29,186 nt of DNA from Fimbriimonadales bacterium (GTDB lineage: Bacteria > Armatimonadota > Fimbriimonadia > Fimbriimonadales > GBS-DC), in contig JBDNDR010000001.1 of the NCBI GenBank assembly GCA_046718995.1, forward strand, positions 1 through 29,186. Reading direction: 5' to 3'. A program made the position numbers and the translations under genes. Positions within the stretch are counted from its first letter, which is position 1; the number at the start of each line of letters is the position of its first letter. This document shows positions 25,693-29,186 of the stretch, one piece after another. The notes below the pieces were generated by a model. The model worked only from the letters and a program-made list of their open reading frames with translations. It did not search any database and was not told where the DNA came from.

Positions 25693-25983
25693 ATGACCTT
25701 AGAAGCGTTCCGCCAAACGCTCAACGAACCCAAACCCCCTGCGGTCTCCGTACCCTTGCAAGCCCTCTGGTACGACGCACAGGGCAACTGGGAGCAAGCC
25801 CATCGTCTGGTGCAGGATGACCCCAGCCCCGAAAGCGCGTGGGTGCATGCCTATCTCCACCGCAAGGAGGGCGACATCAGCAACGCTCATTACTGGTACC
25901 GCCGAGCCAATAAGCCCCCACACAACGGCACCCTCGAGCAGGAGTGGAACGAGATTGCCCAAGCCCTGCTCAGTCAGTCCTGA
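25693..25983 (+). CDS. Conserved hypothetical small helical protein
   Basis: WEQAH...AWVHAYLHRKEGDISNAHYWY; RBS GGAGG. Confidence 0.85.
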   Translation: MTLEAFRQTLNEPKPPAVSVPLQALWYDAQGNWEQAHRLVQDDPSPESAWVHAYLHRKEGDISNAHYWYRRANKPPHNGTLEQEWNEIAQALLSQS

Positions 25984-25989
25984 CCCTCT

Positions 25990-26874
25990 ATGCAACTGCT
26001 TGGCATCGCCCCCGCCAAAATCAACCTGACCTTAGAAATCCTCAATCGCCGGGCGGACGGCTACCACAATTTGGCAAGCGTCTTCCATACCCTCAGCCTC
26101 AGCGATACCCTCTCGCTTGAACCCCTGCCCCATCAGTCTGGGACTATCCAGATCGAATCGGAGGGTTGGGCAGTGCCCAATAGCCCACAAAACAGCATCT
26201 GGCAAGCCCTACAGCGATTCGGCGAAGCGATTAATGCCGCGCAGTGGGTCGGGTGGCAGGTCAAACTACAGAAGCGTATCCCCACCCAGGCGGGGTTGGG
26301 GGGCGGCAGTAGCGACGCAGGCACCACCCTGAAACTGCTCGCCCAATGGGCGACCGCGCAAGGCATCCCCGTCCCAGACTTAGCGGAGCTCGCACTCCAG
26401 ATTGGCTCGGATGTGCCGTTCTTTGTTCTTGGCGTTCCCTGCGCGCGTGCCGAGGGACGGGGCGAGCGTTTGATGGTACTGCCATCCCTTCCCAGACTCG
26501 CTTGGGTCTTAGCGAAGCCCCCTGAACTGGGCGTGCCGACGGGCTGGGCGTATGCTCGGCTCCAGCGTACCGAATCGTCGCCTACCGAGAGCCACCATAC
26601 CGACCGTTTGATGAATGCCCTCCAATCAGGCGCCGTTCGCGACGCTGAAACGCTGGCACCCTACCTCCACAACGACTTTGAGGCGGTTCTGATTCCTGAG
26701 ATTCCTGCGCTTGGGGCTGTGCGTGCGACTATGGAGGAGTCGGGTGTCCTGCGTGTACTGCTCTGTGGGAGCGGGGCGGTGCAGGCAGGGCTATGCCGAA
26801 CCGAACACGATGCCCATCGCCTTGCCGAACGATTGCGTCAGCAGGGCTACTGGGCGGAGGTGTGCTTTTCCTAA
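25990..26874 (+). CDS. ispE: 4-diphosphocytidyl-2-C-methyl-D-erythritol kinase
   Basis: APAKINLTLEI, DGYHNLASVF, KRIPTQAGLGGGSSDA, IGSDVPFF, NDFE, CGSG. Confidence 0.95.
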   Translation: MQLLGIAPAKINLTLEILNRRADGYHNLASVFHTLSLSDTLSLEPLPHQSGTIQIESEGWAVPNSPQNSIWQALQRFGEAINAAQWVGWQVKLQKRIPTQAGLGGGSSDAGTTLKLLAQWATAQGIPVPDLAELALQIGSDVPFFVLGVPCARAEGRGERLMVLPSLPRLAWVLAKPPELGVPTGWAYARLQRTESSPTESHHTDRLMNALQSGAVRDAETLAPYLHNDFEAVLIPEIPALGAVRATMEESGVLRVLLCGSGAVQAGLCRTEHDAHRLAERLRQQGYWAEVCFS

Positions 26875-26913
26875 GCAGGATTCTTGCTCTCAGATACGAA
26901 CCCTACCCCCACG

Positions 26914-28293
26914 ATGAAGACTGCGGTCATTCTGTGCGCAGGTGGGGGAACGCGCTTTTTCCCCTATCAGGAGGTTCGGAACAAGTGCGCCACGCCCGTG
27001 ATGAACCGCCCGAATGTGCGTCGGTTAGCCGAATCGCTGATAGCGGCGGGCGTGGAGCGGCTGATTGTGGTGGTAGGGGTGCATGAACTGTCGGTGCGCG
27101 CGGCGCTCAGTGGGCTGAGCGTGCCGATTGCTTTCATTCGCCAGAACCCACCCACAGGGAGCGCGCTGGCGGTGTTGAGTGCGCTCCCACTCATCGGGAA
27201 CGAGCCGTTCCTGGTCGCCTACGGCGATATTGCTACCCCCCCAGAAACAGTCCGCCGCCTCGTGGGGACATTTCAGGAGACGGGTGCCCTCGCCTGTGTG
27301 GTGGCACAACGCTACCTGCCCGAACATGACCCGCGCGACTGGATTGGCGGCTACCTCCGTGAGGGCAAGCTGGCGCATGTGGAGGGGCACAGTAGCGATA
27401 CCAACTGCCGACTGGGCGGACTGTTCGCCTTCCATCCGAGCGTGGTGGACACGCTGAACGCCCATCCCGGACTGATGACCAGTGTGCCTGTTGGTGGGAT
27501 GCCCCCGATGGAGGCGGAGCTGGCGCAGACCCTCCAGATGCTCATAGAACACGGACACGAAATCCCCGCCGTAGAGCCAGAGGGCTTTCTGGTGGACATG
27601 GACAAGCCGTGGCACATCTGGGAAGCGAACGCACGCTGGCTGGACTACGAGGCAAGCCAACTGGAAACCGACCGAATCGGCAAGGAGGTTCAGATAGACG
27701 ACTCCGCCGAAATCCACGGACGCCTGGTGGTAGAGGACGGTGCAGTGATTGGCAAGCGGGTCGTGATTGGCGGCAACGCCTTCATCGGACGCGAGACACG
27801 CCTGCTGAACGGGGCGATCCTGCACGGCACGACCGCCATCGGCGCACGCTGTCGGGTCAGCGACTACTGCCTCGTGGGTGGCAGAACGGTCATCGGCAAC
27901 GGCTGTATCGTGGGGCACGATGCTGAGATGGACGGCGTGATGCTGGACGGCGCCTTCCTCTATCACTACTGCGAGATTATGGGCGTGGTGGGTCAGAAGG
28001 TGGACATCGGCGCGGCGACCGTCTGTGGCACGCTCCGCTTCGATGACGGCGACAGTACCCACACCGTGCGCGGACGCCGAGAGCGCCCCGAGTTCGGCTC
28101 CAACGGCACCTACTTCGGCGACTTCGCACGCACTGGGGTCAATGTAATCACGATGCCGGGAGTCAAGATTGGTGCCTACTCATGCGTCGGCGCGGGCATC
28201 GTGGTCTACGAGGACATTCCCTCGCGCAAGTTGGTGCTTCTGAAACAAGACCTGGTCTACCGCGATTGGGGACCCGAACGCTACGGCTGGTGA
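26914..28293 (+). CDS. Bifunctional sugar-1-phosphate nucleotidyltransferase / hexapeptide acetyltransferase (archaeal GlmU-like)
   Basis: AVILCAGGGTRF, YGD, DMDKPWHIWEAN; long LbH repeats; GTLRFDD...GDFARTGVNVITMPGVKIG; start ATG 26914. Confidence 0.8.
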   Translation: MKTAVILCAGGGTRFFPYQEVRNKCATPVMNRPNVRRLAESLIAAGVERLIVVVGVHELSVRAALSGLSVPIAFIRQNPPTGSALAVLSALPLIGNEPFLVAYGDIATPPETVRRLVGTFQETGALACVVAQRYLPEHDPRDWIGGYLREGKLAHVEGHSSDTNCRLGGLFAFHPSVVDTLNAHPGLMTSVPVGGMPPMEAELAQTLQMLIEHGHEIPAVEPEGFLVDMDKPWHIWEANARWLDYEASQLETDRIGKEVQIDDSAEIHGRLVVEDGAVIGKRVVIGGNAFIGRETRLLNGAILHGTTAIGARCRVSDYCLVGGRTVIGNGCIVGHDAEMDGVMLDGAFLYHYCEIMGVVGQKVDIGAATVCGTLRFDDGDSTHTVRGRRERPEFGSNGTYFGDFARTGVNVITMPGVKIGAYSCVGAGIVVYEDIPSRKLVLLKQDLVYRDWGPERYGW

Positions 28294-29186
28294 GCGCACG
28301 GATTGGAGCGGTTGTGTGTTGGCTATGTGGGCTGGGCGTGGTCTACCTCGCTCTGGTCAAGCCTGTGCATATGGACGACCCCGTAGTGCTCCATGTGGCA
28401 GAGAACATCCTAAGCAACCCACTGCGCCCGTTCGTAGGCGACTACTTCTGGCTGGCGGAACCCGGCGCCCTGAGACAGGTCACGACGAACCCGCCCCTGG
28501 TGAGTTATTGGCTCGCCCCGTGGATTGGGCTGTTCGGCTATCGGGAGTGGCTGTTGCACCTGAGCCTGATGCCGTTCGTGGCGCTCCTGGGCTGGGGTGT
28601 CTATCGCCTGGCGGAGCGCTGGCTCGGTGACGGATGGGGCTGGTGGGCGGTCGGTTGGGTGATGCTCTCGCCAGCGGTATTACCCGGTTTGAACCTGATG
28701 CGCGATGTGCCGATGTTGGGACTGTTTGTTGGGGGCATGGCGTGCTGGGTCGAGGGGCTTGCCCGCCACGAACGACGCTGGCTGATACTCGGGGCACTGC
28801 TCGGAGGGCTGAGCGCACTGGCGAAATATACGGCGCTGATTTGGCTTCCGATTGCTCTGGTCTACACGCTCTTGGGAGGTCCGCGCTCTCTGCGAGCGGT
28901 GGGATGGCTGATGGTGGCGTTGGTTCCCATGGGGCTATGGTCGCTCCAAAACTATCTGGTGGAGGGCGAGGTGCACCTGTTGTATTTGTGGCAGGAGCGT
29001 CGAGGGAGTGCGCCTTGGGAGACGCGCCTCCTGCCCGGCATTACAGGCATCGGTGCCATCACACTCCTGAGCGCGGGCGTGCTGTGGAGCGTCTTGCAGA
29101 GGCGTGGCGCCCACCTAACCGTCCCAAGCAGCGCAGGCAGGGTACGGTGGCTCTTGCCTATTTGGCTCGCACCCCTCCCTATCGCT
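28290..29186 (+). CDS. GT-C fold glycosyltransferase (ArnT/PMT_2-like), 3' end outside the window
   Basis: Hand translation from GTG 28290 (GTGA overlap): VHMDDPVVLHVAE, NPPLVSYW, many TM helices, LSALAKYTAL; open to the window end, missed by the ORF track. Confidence 0.85.
   Translation, partial: MSARIGAVVCWLCGLGVVYLALVKPVHMDDPVVLHVAENILSNPLRPFVGDYFWLAEPGALRQVTTNPPLVSYWLAPWIGLFGYREWLLHLSLMPFVALLGWGVYRLAERWLGDGWGWWAVGWVMLSPAVLPGLNLMRDVPMLGLFVGGMACWVEGLARHERRWLILGALLGGLSALAKYTALIWLPIALVYTLLGGPRSLRAVGWLMVALVPMGLWSLQNYLVEGEVHLLYLWQERRGSAPWETRLLPGITGIGAITLLSAGVLWSVLQRRGAHLTVPSSAGRVRWLLPIWLAPLPIA

Noticed and set aside
25591-25700. tRNA-Glu as an integration site
   Set aside because: No integrase, no duplicated tRNA 3' end and no compositional break nearby.
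27025-28062. 345-aa minus-strand ORF
   Set aside because: Antisense shadow of the GlmU-like gene in GC-rich DNA.

Overview
A GC-rich bacterial window, inferred to be Armatimonadota-like from the H-X9-DG prepilin and the PEP-CTERM sorting signal. Left: a minus-strand type IV pilus assembly operon (pilM-N-O-P, a stand-alone secretin N-domain gene with a GGFG tail, then a full secretin) followed by aroK, which runs off the window. Middle: an IsdG-like monooxygenase, then an A/T-richer two-gene cassette encoding a secreted HExxH protein and a helical-repeat partner. The first cassette gene has a perfect sigma70 promoter, but its start and signal peptide are put out of frame by a G13 tract, making it a candidate phase-variable locus and the strongest signal here. 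Next come an unannotated, very basic small ORF with its own promoter and terminator, a secreted HxxxH protein, a degenerate CHAD protein, an EEP nuclease/phosphatase with PEP-CTERM, and a prepilin-like gene with a small partner. Right: hisC, an ankyrin protein, a minus-strand run (small TM protein, USP, TrkA-N, sugar-binding lipoprotein, CBS-GGDEF fusion), gatB, rimO, coaD, a coiled-coil gene, tRNA-Glu, ispE, an archaeal-type GlmU-like gene and a GT-C glycosyltransferase that runs off the window. A recurring GGG-TANANT -10 motif, often in leaderless position, precedes many genes. All calls are from reading the sequence; no database searches were run.
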